A stretch of 64,000 nt of DNA from a virus (lineage: Duplodnaviria; Caudoviricetes). Below the pieces are notes generated by a model. It was not told the DNA's origin. It saw nothing but the letters and a program-made list of their open reading frames with translations, and did no database searches. This document shows, one piece after another, positions 36,207-47,018 of the stretch (within the stretch, counting starts at the first letter, position 1; each line of letters begins with the position of its first letter). Made by a program: the position numbers and the translations under genes. The stretch lies in IMG/VR virus record IMGVR_UViG_2744054517_000003, positions 32,001 to 96,000 of that record; one strand, 5' to 3'.

Positions 36207-36353
36207 TTACTCTTGTTCTTTTTCTAATGGTGTGCCATCCACGTCTAATCCCCAACTTGCTAGATATGCCCTAACCGGTTCCTTTTGTATATCCGGCACC
36301 TGAGCAAACGTCTTTATGCCTTTCATGATTAGAGATCCATATATGGCTGCCAC
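36207..36353 (-). CDS. CD1375-like small phage protein
   Basis: MAAIYGSLIMKGIKTFAQVP. Confidence 0.65.
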   Translation of the reverse strand: MAAIYGSLIMKGIKTFAQVPDIQKEPVRAYLASWGLDVDGTPLEKEQE

Positions 36354-36358
36354 GTTAA

Positions 36359-36868
36359 TCACCTCCCCTCTTTAAGAGCTTTAAGTTCAGCTTGCATTGC
36401 AAGCATTTGCTCGTACATATCAGCCATTGCAATCTGTGTATTTGTAAGTTCTTCACGAAGCTTTGGCTGCGGTTCTGGCTGTTTGGTTATCTCCGCGATT
36501 TCTTCCGATGTAAGTCCCTCTGTCCATAACTTATCCGGCTGCTTAGGGGCAACATATACAGGCTGTTCCCCTTCTGCCCTGCCCTTAGCCTGCCATTCGT
36601 CAAGAGCAGCTATATACGCCTCCTGTGCCTCGTATACGGCACTCTCATAAGCCTTCCATGCAGCAAGATTAAATTTAGGCTTGAACAAACCCGGCGTTGT
36701 AATCGGCACGCCGACATTGTACCCGGCAATCTCGGGTGTTGTTGGCTCTGTATCTGCGTCCTGATCGTCCGGCTGGGCATAAAAAGGGACGACACCGGAA
36801 AAGGCATCGTCCACTAGCGTTTCCTCTAAATAGAGGCCGTCTTTATTTACTTTAGCTGCTGATTTCAT
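36359..36868 (-). CDS. Tail-fibre-associated protein
   Basis: Follows the tail fibre; WTEGLTSEEI. Confidence 0.65.
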   Translation of the reverse strand: MKSAAKVNKDGLYLEETLVDDAFSGVVPFYAQPDDQDADTEPTTPEIAGYNVGVPITTPGLFKPKFNLAAWKAYESAVYEAQEAYIAALDEWQAKGRAEGEQPVYVAPKQPDKLWTEGLTSEEIAEITKQPEPQPKLREELTNTQIAMADMYEQMLAMQAELKALKEGR

Positions 36869-36881
36869 ACATTCCCCTCCC

Positions 36882-39377
36882 TTAGTCCAATGTGAACTCT
36901 AAGTAGATATTCACTTCATTGTTACTCCCACCAGATACGATAAATTTACCGTCTGCATTTATTAGAACGGCAGCAAATACGTCTGTAGTCGTATAAGAAT
37001 GTACGGGGCGAACCTGACCTACAAGCGGCCTATATCCTTCGGGCAGAATCATAAACGGCTGGCCTATTACACCGCTTTTAATCCTGGCCTTAACTTGTAC
37101 CTTATTGTCAATTTTACGGTAACCCAGCACCCCCATACTTACCCACCCATTAAGTAACGTAGTTGGCGTAATCCATGCAGGGTTATCTTTGTCAGCCTTC
37201 TTGTTCTCCAGCACCGACACCCGCGCTGTGTTTTGCTGTACGCTGTCCACTAGGTCCGCAAGTAGCGTTTTTTCGTTGGCTGCGTAGCTGCCTGCGAATG
37301 GTACGACTGGTGATGGATCAAGCATCATGTACGTGACGCTGTAGGCGGCTGTTATATCGTGTTTTGAATCACTCTGTTGAGCTAGTGCCCCCGCAGTTGT
37401 AACCTGACTATTCGTAATATTCCACGAACTACTGTCATTTTTGTTGTTTCTGTACACCACCAGTATTCGGGAAGTTTTATACCTAAGCAAATTCGAGGCG
37501 GCGTAGTTTGCGTTATTTATGTTCCAGTATTTATTGGGTTCCTGATACGGATCAATTCGCTCGCGCAACACAATCCCCGTACCTACTTCAATCTGATTAT
37601 CGCCCTCAATAAAGGTTAGTTGCCCTTCTGAAACAATAGGATCTACTGTAGGAGTAGCGAGTTGGTATACAAGTTGGTACGGTGTGTATCCTGCATATGC
37701 TTGTGTCGGTACGGATTGGGTAAAGTTGGGGGCGCCCACGCGTTGCACCCAATACTTAGTGCCTGTACCATTCCACGTTGCCGTGGTCATGGATTGGGCG
37801 TTTGCGGGTGTGATCGTGTTAGCGTCATACGCCTTGTAGCCAAAAAAGTATGCTTTGATGTCGTCCTGCGTTGGACTATAATTATCGTCCCATCCACTGT
37901 CAGCAACACCGATACCAATATAGATGTCTCCTGCTGCGGTGACTGCGTTCGTGTCGGCTGTGTTGCCCGTGCTGCCTTGTGGCATTATTTTCCCATCAAA
38001 CTTAGTGGCAATCCCACTTGCTGCCACAGCACCAGCCGCAAGGCCTACTATTTTTACTTGTCTGACTCCAGCAGTAGCAGCGGCATCACCAAGCACCCAC
38101 GCCCTGCTGCCATCAATCGTTAATCCCTGCCACTTCTTGGACTTGAAGTATTGCCCGTCACGTTCAAAAACTGTATCAGCATTAGCTCCTGTAACTGGAT
38201 CGGCGTACAGGTCTGTTTGCAGCGCCAGCATGGAATCTTCGCGTGGTTTGAATGGCTTGGCTGTGCTACCGATGTTAAGCATAATGTCCGAAAGCGTTAT
38301 TTCTTCCGTGGATGTCCCTAACAAACGGATTACTATACCATTAGTGCCCGCAGGAACTGTGAATGTGTACGAGATACGTCCACTACCTGTTACACTACCG
38401 ATGACCGCAGTCTCATTTTGTGTATTTACATGTATTCTGCCCGTTGCCCCACTTGACTGACCGGAAACAGTGTAAATTTGCCCAGGAACTAGCGATGAGA
38501 TGGAAGCTATTATTATATTGGAAGAAGAAACGACAACGCTTTGACCGTCTTTAATAATAGGCGTTCCAACCCTATCATTCCAAGAATAAAAAGAATGAGG
38601 GGCGAGGTTTTCTCCGTATCGTATCGCATATGGATTTCGTACAGGCATTACACTGTCTACGTAAGGCCATTTAACAGCCGCTTGCGCTGGCGTTAGGGTC
38701 GCCGCTGCTGCATAGTCTGCTTCGCTTATCTCGTAAACACGAACACTGTCCATGTTAAACGTGCTGCCAGCCGCACCTGTGCCTGTAATGGTCAAGACGT
38801 GGAAAAAATCAGTAGCTGCAAACCGCACGACTGATGGAGCAAAGGCAGAAGCTGAATTCACTTCATTACCCGTTGCACCAGCAATACCATTTATAGATAT
38901 GGCCACTTTGCTGGTGTTTCCGTTTTTCACATCAGCAATGGCTACATACTTTTTACCGGGCGTGGTTAAAAAGCTTGCTGAAGCTGTAGCGGGTACAGAA
39001 CCTAGCGTAAGCTTAAAACTGCTGGTCCCGCTGGTTTTGTTGGCTGTATCTACCGCGATAGTCGTGTTAGAAGACCACAATCCTACGTTTTCGCAATTCC
39101 CCATCCGCCCGAGCAGATTTACCAACATACGACCTGTCAGCCCGGAAAGCTGGAATAAGGTTGACTTGGCAGCATTGATGATCTGTACGCCTGGCTGAAG
39201 CGTTACATCCTGACGAGATATAGTATTAAGACGTTCTTTAACCTCATCCATACCGCCAGCAAAACCGTCTATCTTCTCCCAGTTGTCATTCATCATCGTT
39301 TTCACATCGAAGAAATCGTTACCGTCTGCCACTGGGTCTTTCATGTATAAGCCTAACTTAGGTGTATTACTAGCCAA
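36882..39377 (-). CDS. Tail fibre / receptor-binding protein
   Basis: TPKLGL...NDNWEKID N-terminus; carbohydrate-binding-like modules. Confidence 0.8.
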   Translation of the reverse strand: MASNTPKLGLYMKDPVADGNDFFDVKTMMNDNWEKIDGFAGGMDEVKERLNTISRQDVTLQPGVQIINAAKSTLFQLSGLTGRMLVNLLGRMGNCENVGLWSSNTTIAVDTANKTSGTSSFKLTLGSVPATASASFLTTPGKKYVAIADVKNGNTSKVAISINGIAGATGNEVNSASAFAPSVVRFAATDFFHVLTITGTGAAGSTFNMDSVRVYEISEADYAAAATLTPAQAAVKWPYVDSVMPVRNPYAIRYGENLAPHSFYSWNDRVGTPIIKDGQSVVVSSSNIIIASISSLVPGQIYTVSGQSSGATGRIHVNTQNETAVIGSVTGSGRISYTFTVPAGTNGIVIRLLGTSTEEITLSDIMLNIGSTAKPFKPREDSMLALQTDLYADPVTGANADTVFERDGQYFKSKKWQGLTIDGSRAWVLGDAAATAGVRQVKIVGLAAGAVAASGIATKFDGKIMPQGSTGNTADTNAVTAAGDIYIGIGVADSGWDDNYSPTQDDIKAYFFGYKAYDANTITPANAQSMTTATWNGTGTKYWVQRVGAPNFTQSVPTQAYAGYTPYQLVYQLATPTVDPIVSEGQLTFIEGDNQIEVGTGIVLRERIDPYQEPNKYWNINNANYAASNLLRYKTSRILVVYRNNKNDSSSWNITNSQVTTAGALAQQSDSKHDITAAYSVTYMMLDPSPVVPFAGSYAANEKTLLADLVDSVQQNTARVSVLENKKADKDNPAWITPTTLLNGWVSMGVLGYRKIDNKVQVKARIKSGVIGQPFMILPEGYRPLVGQVRPVHSYTTTDVFAAVLINADGKFIVSGGSNNEVNIYLEFTLD

Positions 39378-39945
39378 TCGGTACACCTCCTGCAAAATTG
39401 TTTAATGGTGTTTTATTTATTTCATTTATCCGCATTACATGGTGTATTTCACGAATAACCAAATATCGAAATTTATATCGCACTTCTAAATGTGCTGGTT
39501 TTATTTCCTCGATAGCGTCTTTCAAATCCTGTAGATTTGGCGGTATACCTAGCGTCCCGATAAAGCGAATTACAAAATAGTATTCGGACGGAAACACAGT
39601 TACATCAACCTCGCCACGATCATAGCTATCTGCCACATTTTTGATCATGCTTGCAGACACTTTGCCGCTACCGCGCATCTTAGAAATAACCACGCTGCGG
39701 CGCTGCTCGATTGGTTTAGAAGGCATGGAGACTATTCTTAGATCCTTCTCCCAATACTTAATGCCCCAGGTTGCTGTTTCTGGGTGAAACTGGCGGAATG
39801 TATCAACTATTGCAGCGTTGAGATTATCGAACTCGATATCTTCCGTCTGCATTATCTCAACGAATTCTTGGATTTCCTCATAGTAATCCGGTAAGTAGGA
39901 CATAAGTTTTTTAGACATGTACATCCACCGTCCCGAGCACAGCAA
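39370..39945 (-). CDS. Baseplate protein XkdU/YmfQ-like
   Basis: YLPDYY, TATWG..WE, EIKPAHL. Confidence 0.85.
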   Translation of the reverse strand: MLCSGRWMYMSKKLMSYLPDYYEEIQEFVEIMQTEDIEFDNLNAAIVDTFRQFHPETATWGIKYWEKDLRIVSMPSKPIEQRRSVVISKMRGSGKVSASMIKNVADSYDRGEVDVTVFPSEYYFVIRFIGTLGIPPNLQDLKDAIEEIKPAHLEVRYKFRYLVIREIHHVMRINEINKTPLNNFAGGVPIG

Positions 39946-41005
39946 CCGAATCCAAAGGCACCTGAATATTGCTGGTCACTCCGTTAATGGTTAAATCGAA
40001 ATAATCGATCACGGGTGGCACATCCAATATAAAGTTGGCAATCCGCGTAATCCGTACCAGGGTATCTGTATCGTTAAAAGCTAATCCCTCCAGATACTTT
40101 GAAATGCTGACCTTCAGTTGTTCTTTTACATCGTCCGTTGTCGCATCCCTAGCCAATTGAACCCGCACAATAATGTTAATAGGCACTTCTCCAGCACCTA
40201 CAACCGTGACAATCGGGCCGATAGGAGCTACGCCTTCTCCATGTCCATCTTGGGTAGGATCAATATACGTCTGTACTGCTTGTACAACAGCAGGTGAAGG
40301 TGTTCGTTTCTCATTGTTGAGAATTACAACCTTAACTGTGCCGTTCCCATTCCAGAGCGGAAATACTTTTGCATCACCTACCCCAGATACTTCCCGAGCC
40401 CATACAACGTACTGGTTTTTATTTGCGCTAGTGATCGGCTTTGTAACTTTGTCCTGGTAACGGTCATAAAGGGCTTCGCCCGACTCTACATCTTCCCCAG
40501 ACACCAATAAGTCAACCAGTTCAGCTTTTGCTAACTTGTCTATAAAATCTATAGGCAATAGCGAACCTGAATATTTATTGCCTATAGCACCAGCAGTCTC
40601 ACACTCAACTGCAAATTGCCCAACCCCCAACTTACTTTTGACAACATAGTTCAAGTCTTCTATGGAGTAACGACTTCCGATCGGCACATCCATAAGTTCA
40701 TTTTGGTTGTTGTAAAACTTGCCCCGCCACTGAGCGTTGGTTGCTTCTTTCCGAACTATGCCGGACCAAGCTACCGATTTATCTAGTTCCTCTCCATTCT
40801 CCGGCGCAGGGAAACGGAGACTACGCTCGATTTCTAAATTTACATACATTTGGGCTAATTCGTTTGCTGCAGGTGCCAGAGCATCATAAATAACGCTCCC
40901 TTCCCGTTTATCCATGATATCTGGTATACGGGCCAGCAGACGTTCTAATATGACCTCTTCTGTTTGATCCTCATACAATGCCGCCCACCCCCGTTTCATT
41001 AACAA
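39911..41005 (-). CDS. Baseplate J-like protein (XkdT)
   Basis: DKREGSVIYDALAPAA; PLWNGNGTVKV. Confidence 0.9.
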   Translation of the reverse strand: MLMKRGWAALYEDQTEEVILERLLARIPDIMDKREGSVIYDALAPAANELAQMYVNLEIERSLRFPAPENGEELDKSVAWSGIVRKEATNAQWRGKFYNNQNELMDVPIGSRYSIEDLNYVVKSKLGVGQFAVECETAGAIGNKYSGSLLPIDFIDKLAKAELVDLLVSGEDVESGEALYDRYQDKVTKPITSANKNQYVVWAREVSGVGDAKVFPLWNGNGTVKVVILNNEKRTPSPAVVQAVQTYIDPTQDGHGEGVAPIGPIVTVVGAGEVPINIIVRVQLARDATTDDVKEQLKVSISKYLEGLAFNDTDTLVRITRIANFILDVPPVIDYFDLTINGVTSNIQVPLDSVAVLGTVDVHV

Positions 41006-41378
41006 AATTACCTTGCGTTGTTACGACTTCATACTCTGCTAAGACATCGCTACCGTTAAAAGTGAATTGAAAATCTCGCACATCCGTAATCCGGTCATCC
41101 GCCAGGAGCGCTTCACGGACCAACCGTTTTAATTCAGTCTGCACAAATAACCGGCTCTGCCCTTGCAGCCGGTCTATCTCAGCTCCATAATCGTCGGAGT
41201 ATATTAGGTTTTCATAACGTAATGTCTGAAGTATCTTATACACCACTTGCCGCATAGCCTCCAGACCGTCTACAATGCCACGTGCGCGACCATTCGTGAA
41301 GTCTAAGGCATATGTCTTGGTAGGCATTTCTTCTTCCTCAATTTCCTCGTCTACGATGCTACCGCCCTCTGGAATCAT
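40971..41378 (-). CDS. Baseplate protein XkdS/DUF2634
   Basis: K.LQT.RY..LIYS.DYG; EALL.DDRI. Confidence 0.85.
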   Translation of the reverse strand: MIPEGGSIVDEEIEEEEMPTKTYALDFTNGRARGIVDGLEAMRQVVYKILQTLRYENLIYSDDYGAEIDRLQGQSRLFVQTELKRLVREALLADDRITDVRDFQFTFNGSDVLAEYEVVTTQGNFVNETGVGGIV

Positions 41379-41734
41379 GGTTTCACCAACTTATCTATAA
41401 CGGCGAATTGCTGGCCGCCCTGCATGCGTTGTAAAAGCACAGCGTCACCGATCTTGAGTCCTTCACGGATAACCAGTACATCAGGTAACGCGGTTTGGGT
41501 GGTCTTTGTAGCTGTTTCCGTTGGTGTCTCATCTTTGTAAACGTGACTATGTGTAAGACTAACCTCGTACCGAGTTACTCGTTCCGTGACAAGCAAGAAA
41601 TCTTCATCCAGTACCAAACGTTGGTCCACTGTAATTTCAAGTGGTGCAACGCCTGTCACTTGTCCAACCATCCCTGTGGATGGCTTGGATGCCTCAACGC
41701 TGCTTAAAGCTATTTGTTGCAATTGTTTGATCAA
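41375..41734 (-). CDS. XkdR/DUF2577 baseplate spike protein
   Basis: LKIGD.VLL.RMQGGQ.F. Confidence 0.8.
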   Translation of the reverse strand: MIKQLQQIALSSVEASKPSTGMVGQVTGVAPLEITVDQRLVLDEDFLLVTERVTRYEVSLTHSHVYKDETPTETATKTTQTALPDVLVIREGLKIGDAVLLQRMQGGQQFAVIDKLVKP

Positions 41735-42733
41735 TTAAATCACCTTCAATTCGAGTGACATGGTATGTTCTAAACCCGAAAATTTATGTGTACATGAATC
41801 TACCAAGTAAACTTGGCTTACTTTCAAATCATCAATAAACACAGGCACATAACAACCTGCCCGTATACTTAAATCCCCCATAGCATCTATACTCAAGCTC
41901 TTACTTTCCCGGTTGTGTAAGGTGAGCAAGTTTTGCGCCTTTTGCTTAATCTGTGCCGCGTTCATTTTTTCGTCTACCTTGTCGTACAGCTGGAGCTTAC
42001 CCCACTTTTTGATATTGTTGCTGTCCTGGTAGACGTAAGCATCTCGTTTACCGCTCTCTTTATTATCCCGCACCAGTTTAACGTAGTTGTATGTCTCGCT
42101 GTCTATGGACCGTTTAAGCGCGTATCCGGTCATTAGACTGCCGTCACCCACTGAAACAGATACAAGCATATCAGCGGCCCGTTTAAGGGCCAGAGCGCCA
42201 AAGTCGTCATAGAATACATAGATTGATCCGGTAGACATGAGCGTTTGGTCGATAGCCTTGTAAATGATATCTAATAGCTTTTGGTTGTCTTCGACCATAG
42301 CCGGGATTTTATATCCTGTATCAGCAATCATCCCGGTCTTAAGTTTGAAGTCCTCCGCAATGCGCTTGATAACCGCCCCGGCCGTTAAGTTTTTGAACAC
42401 ATAGGTATCGTTGGCATTGAGATACCTTATTTGGTCGTACGCAGTAATCTTCATGTCGGATTTCTCCGACTGTTCCACCGAAAACACATAGCCGTAAAAT
42501 ATCTTGTACTTGCCTTTGGTAATCCGGACAATATCCCCGTTCTGCACCTTAAACTTTTTGTTTTGATAGATTCCATCCTTAACAAGCGTGATATCTACGC
42601 TCCCTGGGCTCCCAGTGCGTTCTGTTTTCCAGGTAAGCTCAGATACCAACCCCGATGCATTTTCCTTCCCGGCTAAGGCCTCGCCAGATACCTGCCAGAC
42701 ATTGCCGTCACGGTTGTCTATAAAAATGTCCAT
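41735..42733 (-). CDS. XkdQ-like baseplate hub protein
   Basis: FYGYVF...AYDQ.RYL. Confidence 0.85.
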   Translation of the reverse strand: MDIFIDNRDGNVWQVSGEALAGKENASGLVSELTWKTERTGSPGSVDITLVKDGIYQNKKFKVQNGDIVRITKGKYKIFYGYVFSVEQSEKSDMKITAYDQIRYLNANDTYVFKNLTAGAVIKRIAEDFKLKTGMIADTGYKIPAMVEDNQKLLDIIYKAIDQTLMSTGSIYVFYDDFGALALKRAADMLVSVSVGDGSLMTGYALKRSIDSETYNYVKLVRDNKESGKRDAYVYQDSNNIKKWGKLQLYDKVDEKMNAAQIKQKAQNLLTLHNRESKSLSIDAMGDLSIRAGCYVPVFIDDLKVSQVYLVDSCTHKFSGLEHTMSLELKVI

Positions 42734-42737
42734 GCCA

Positions 42738-43445
42738 TCACCCCGGCAGTCTTAGCACTTGCCCAACCTTGAGCCGTTTGGCCTGTGCGTTCGTAATCTT
42801 ATTGAGTGTTTGTATCTCTTTGTAACGGGAACCGTCACCTAGATTCTTCTTAGCGATAATCCAAAGCGTATCCCCGGCCTTGACCTTGACCGTTTTGGGC
42901 TTAACCTTCTCGTTGGGCCGCTTGGCCTTCGCCTTGGTGGTTGTCGTCTTTTTTGCGCCTGTCTTGGTTGTGGTCTGCTTTACCTTGGCCTGCACCGCAT
43001 TATAAAAAACGTATTTCTTAAATGTGATGGTGTATTCGATATCCGACGTGCCGGCAACTGGCTTCCATTCAAATTCTTCAATGGTCACCGGCATATTTAT
43101 AGCTATCTCTTGCGGACTCTTTTGTGCGCCTGGGTCAAAACTTATCGCAGAATAAATAAAGCGGATGGGCCGCTTGGTGTCCATCCACTTAGTGATTAGT
43201 GCGATATATTCAGGTATAGGAAGCAATTCGTCACCGTTAACGAAAGGATACAGTTGCCCCGGCAGGAAGCTTGAGAACGATATTTCCGTGAGCTTCCGTG
43301 ACTGAATCGCGTTGATCTCGCCCCCGTCCACAATTTTAAATGTGGAACCGTCTCCAGCCTCTTTGATACTCATTTCAGGCGGATTGACCGGAATACGAAA
43401 TGCTTCTTCCCCGTTGTTGTAGCTTAGTAGTATGGCGTGTTCCAT
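42738..43445 (-). CDS. XkdP-like LysM protein
   Basis: IPVNP N-terminus; LysM VKAGDTLWIIAK. Confidence 0.9.
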   Translation of the reverse strand: MEHAILLSYNNGEEAFRIPVNPPEMSIKEAGDGSTFKIVDGGEINAIQSRKLTEISFSSFLPGQLYPFVNGDELLPIPEYIALITKWMDTKRPIRFIYSAISFDPGAQKSPQEIAINMPVTIEEFEWKPVAGTSDIEYTITFKKYVFYNAVQAKVKQTTTKTGAKKTTTTKAKAKRPNEKVKPKTVKVKAGDTLWIIAKKNLGDGSRYKEIQTLNKITNAQAKRLKVGQVLRLPG

Positions 43446-45925
43446 TAGGTGTACACCCCCTGTGCTGTTGAGACAAACTGTTCTTCCAGATGATCACCAA
43501 TCTTTTTGATGATCGTATCTACATCAGCCCCATTGTTTATATCGCCTGTTTTAACCTGCACTGTAGGCGTAAGAGTAACAAAGTTTTGGATTGACTTCAT
43601 TTCTGCGATATCCCGCATGACCTTTAAATCCTCTGATGAGATATCCACCTTGTCCTCGATCTTTCCGACTTTATCTACCTTGCCAATGTTTTTCTTTTTG
43701 CCATCGCCAGCATTAGCTTTTTTAGCTGCGTCAGCTGCCGCGTTCCATTTAGTGAAGTCAAAAGGCTTGTCTGCCTTAGGATTAGCAGCAGCCTTTTGTT
43801 TCCTACGATCCATATCACGTTTACGGATATAGTCCATGGTGTCGTCTTGACGTTTTTTGGCTTTAGCGTCTGCCTTGGATTCCATTGCTGCAATCTTAGC
43901 TGCAGAGTCGTTTCGAAATTTATCAGCAGATATCTTGGAATCATCAGCGAACCGAGTTTGACTAACAAAATTGATATCCGTCATTCCTGTGCTGTTTAGA
44001 GCACTAATCATGTCATTCACTTTGTCTATCACACCATTGGCCATGTCTTGCATTGTTTGCATAACACTAGCTTTTGCATCCAAAAATGCTTGAGCAATAC
44101 CCACACCAACTTTTACAAAGAAGATTGGGACTTGGTCAAAAAAGTTCAATACTTCATTCCACTTTAGCAACATTGCCGCCGCTACCATATCGTTAGTTGT
44201 ATAAACTTCATACATCCACGTCACTATAGCAACCAACACTGTCAGGATGGCAATAAACACGTTTGCTTTCATTGTTGCGTTTAAAGTTGCCCATGCTGCA
44301 GAGAGCCCACGAGTAACTAACGTTTGGGCAAAGATCATAGCTGTACTACTTCCTGTAGCAAAAGCAATAATCCCTTGGGTAACTGCTACAGCCTTCATTG
44401 CGAGGTTCCAAGCGATAAACGCTGCTGCCACTCCTTTAACAATAGGAGCTATGTTCTGCCAATTGCTTGATATGAATCCATATACCTGTGATAGCGCATT
44501 AAAAACTTTAATCGCATTTTGTACTACCCAATCTAAACCCTTGCTGAGGTTAGCAAAAAAGGCGTCGAATTTTCCTTGTTGAAAGGCATTGTTTAGCATT
44601 TGGATTATGGGCAGGAGCGACTTAGTAGCAGCGCCACCAGCATCCGCAAACATGGATCTTACGTTGTTCTTCATGATCTCTAACTGTTTGGCTGGACTTG
44701 CCAGCATAGTATCAAATGCTTTTTGCCCCATCTTTTGAGATTCCAACAACTTGTCAAAACCTTTGATAAAACCGTCAATATCGCCTTTTTTAGCAAAGTC
44801 CACGATGCCAGATGCTCTAATGTCGGATTTACCCATGTTAAAACGTTCAGCCAGAGAAACAATGTCGCCGCTCAATGCTTCCTTAAGGGCGAAGGCAGCT
44901 CCTTCCATACCATTCCCGGCACTATCGAAGGCATTCAATCGCTGAGCAAGGTTATTCAGTTTATCCAGTTGATCAACGTTTTGCGTAGCTGAGAAAAACG
45001 ATAGGCTGGCTTGAAGAGATTCATTTACATCTTGCCCAGCCGCCAACGCATTTTTCTTGAATCGTTCAAACATAGCTTTACCCACGTCTTCCTGACCTGT
45101 ACGAGCAACAAACATATCCTGCATTTTCTGCTGCTCCATCGCGCCGCCCACTGTAGCGCTAAACAATTCCTTAAGCCCTTGCATTGATAAGTAGGCTGCT
45201 GCCATACCTTTTAGGTTAGCCAGCAAACCAGATGAAGCTCCTTCGCCTCTTCTCAAGCTTCCGTTTATTTGCTCTTGCAATTGGGCTATTTTTCTTTCTA
45301 AATCTGCTATCCGCTGTAAAGCGTTTTGGAGTTCAGCAGCATTGGCTCCGCTAGTAGTCCGTAATTGCCGTACTACTCTAATTAGCCTTAATACAAGCAT
45401 CTGTAAGTTTCCGAACATTGCTTGCAGGGCTATCGGTAATTCGACCTGTATACGGGCGTGTATATGGCGCAACTGGTTTTCGATTTGTTGACGAATACGT
45501 CTCGCTTGGCTGATAACATCCCCGGCATTCAGTGTTATGTCTACAACCGACCTAGTAAACATTGTCCTAATGCGGTCGCGTATAAGCGATACTTCCCTTA
45601 ATACGTCCGCTGAATTTATGATGATGCTTACAACAGACCCCGAACCCATCTGTCGGATGTGGTTCTTAACGACTTCAAGCTCTCGGATAGCATTCGCGGC
45701 GTCAATGTGGATCAATATCCTGTCATTTATAGCTTGCAGAGCACGTTGTACAGCGTTTAATTGCTGAATAGCGTTACTGCCATCTGCGCTGATCCGTATG
45801 TTGTTTCGTGCAATTGCTTGCAACCGCTCCATATGGCGTGTCGCATTATCTACTGCTTGATTTACTGAGTTCAACCGCTGTGAGAAATTATCAAATAACT
45901 GGAGACTCGCTGATACAGTTGCCAT
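43445..45925 (-). CDS. Tail tape-measure protein (prophage)
   Basis: 826 aa, helical, between TAC and LysM genes. Confidence 0.9.
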   Translation of the reverse strand: MATVSASLQLFDNFSQRLNSVNQAVDNATRHMERLQAIARNNIRISADGSNAIQQLNAVQRALQAINDRILIHIDAANAIRELEVVKNHIRQMGSGSVVSIIINSADVLREVSLIRDRIRTMFTRSVVDITLNAGDVISQARRIRQQIENQLRHIHARIQVELPIALQAMFGNLQMLVLRLIRVVRQLRTTSGANAAELQNALQRIADLERKIAQLQEQINGSLRRGEGASSGLLANLKGMAAAYLSMQGLKELFSATVGGAMEQQKMQDMFVARTGQEDVGKAMFERFKKNALAAGQDVNESLQASLSFFSATQNVDQLDKLNNLAQRLNAFDSAGNGMEGAAFALKEALSGDIVSLAERFNMGKSDIRASGIVDFAKKGDIDGFIKGFDKLLESQKMGQKAFDTMLASPAKQLEIMKNNVRSMFADAGGAATKSLLPIIQMLNNAFQQGKFDAFFANLSKGLDWVVQNAIKVFNALSQVYGFISSNWQNIAPIVKGVAAAFIAWNLAMKAVAVTQGIIAFATGSSTAMIFAQTLVTRGLSAAWATLNATMKANVFIAILTVLVAIVTWMYEVYTTNDMVAAAMLLKWNEVLNFFDQVPIFFVKVGVGIAQAFLDAKASVMQTMQDMANGVIDKVNDMISALNSTGMTDINFVSQTRFADDSKISADKFRNDSAAKIAAMESKADAKAKKRQDDTMDYIRKRDMDRRKQKAAANPKADKPFDFTKWNAAADAAKKANAGDGKKKNIGKVDKVGKIEDKVDISSEDLKVMRDIAEMKSIQNFVTLTPTVQVKTGDINNGADVDTIIKKIGDHLEEQFVSTAQGVYT

Positions 45926-45982
45926 AGATTCTCCTTTCTGGCATAAAAAAAGACGCCTTCATAGGCGCCTTTCTCAACCGAA

Positions 45983-46336
45983 TTATTTCAGTTCATCAAA
46001 GATTTTTTTTGCTTCTTTGTTATTGGTATTTAAAAGTATGTTGCCCTTTAATGAATACTTTTTGAGAAAAAATATTTCTTCTTGGGCCTTTTTAGCATCC
46101 TCAGGCGTGTCATACTCCATTATCTGTATAGGACTGTTATCAAGGTATAGTATTTTGCCGTTTGAAGCTCTCCCGTTTTCAAATTGGAGTTTCCCACGCT
46201 CAATGGCCCCTGCTTCAGTATAAGCTTTTACATAATCATCAAGAGTAGGAGTAGCCGCTTCTTCCTTAGCAGAAGAACAAGCAGAAACAATCGTTAATGA
46301 AATAACCAACAAAAATAAAGTCAGGACTTTTTTCAC
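45983..46336 (-). CDS. Lipoprotein moron
   Basis: VSAC lipobox; own terminator; AT-rich. Confidence 0.75.
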   Translation of the reverse strand: MKKVLTLFLLVISLTIVSACSSAKEEAATPTLDDYVKAYTEAGAIERGKLQFENGRASNGKILYLDNSPIQIMEYDTPEDAKKAQEEIFFLKKYSLKGNILLNTNNKEAKKIFDELK

Positions 46337-46400
46337 AAATGACCCTCCCTGAATGGGTAGATTTTACCATCATTCTACCAAGCCATTCAGGGAACGTCTA

Positions 46401-46583
46401 TTATTTTTTCTTAGCCTTCTTTTGTGCCGCTTTCTCTTGGTCTATTCTATAAGAGATCATAGCGTAAATAGCAGCACGTTCACGCTGACTCATTGCCATG
46501 AGATCGTGCGGTAGGATATGGAGTTCATGGAGAGCGTAGTATGCAAAGGTTGCATCTGGTTCGCTCTCCTTTATGAGTTTTTT
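46401..46583 (-). CDS. Tail assembly chaperone -1 frameshift extension
   Basis: A AAA AAC at 46583-46577; -1 frame LIKESEPDATFAYYALHELHILP...KKK. Confidence 0.8.
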   Translation of the reverse strand, partial: KKLIKESEPDATFAYYALHELHILPHDLMAMSQRERAAIYAMISYRIDQEKAAQKKAKKK

Positions 46584-46993
46584 ACGTTATCCATCAGATC
46601 GTTAATGTCGCGGTCAAAACCGCTCAGCGTCTGAATACGTTCGATGAGTGTAGTATATTCCCCAGCAAGTAACATTTTTCGAATAAGGGAATCCGCGCCC
46701 ATAACACCATAAGACGCTTGCAGCCCAGCATCTTTAAGGTTAGGATGAACCACTCCAGCCACAACCAATTTAGCTGAAAAGAGGTCAGAGTCAGTCTCGG
46801 TCTGGTAAACGCCTTTCACCTTTACTTTTTTAGCGGATTCCTTTCGGATTATGGATGTTTCATTCTCTGAAACGCTGCGGATCTTCCACAATAATGGTTT
46901 TCCTTCCGCATCCTTAAAACGCTCAGAAAGAGCAATCTCCTCAGTAATCTCAGATTCCACATTCTCTGCGTAAAACAAAGTCAAGTCGCTCAT
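46571..46993 (-). CDS. Tail assembly chaperone XkdN-like
   Basis: ERF..EG, PNLKD..LQ.SYGV, LL.GE, SGF...VKN. Confidence 0.9.
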   Translation of the reverse strand: MSDLTLFYAENVESEITEEIALSERFKDAEGKPLLWKIRSVSENETSIIRKESAKKVKVKGVYQTETDSDLFSAKLVVAGVVHPNLKDAGLQASYGVMGADSLIRKMLLAGEYTTLIERIQTLSGFDRDINDLMDNVKNS

Positions 46994-47018
46994 TATATTA
47001 ATCTCCTTTTAGGTTAAA

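Noticed and set aside
36882-39377. Diversity-generating retroelement or invertible tail-fibre cassette
   Set aside because: No reverse transcriptase, template repeat or invertase seen in the window
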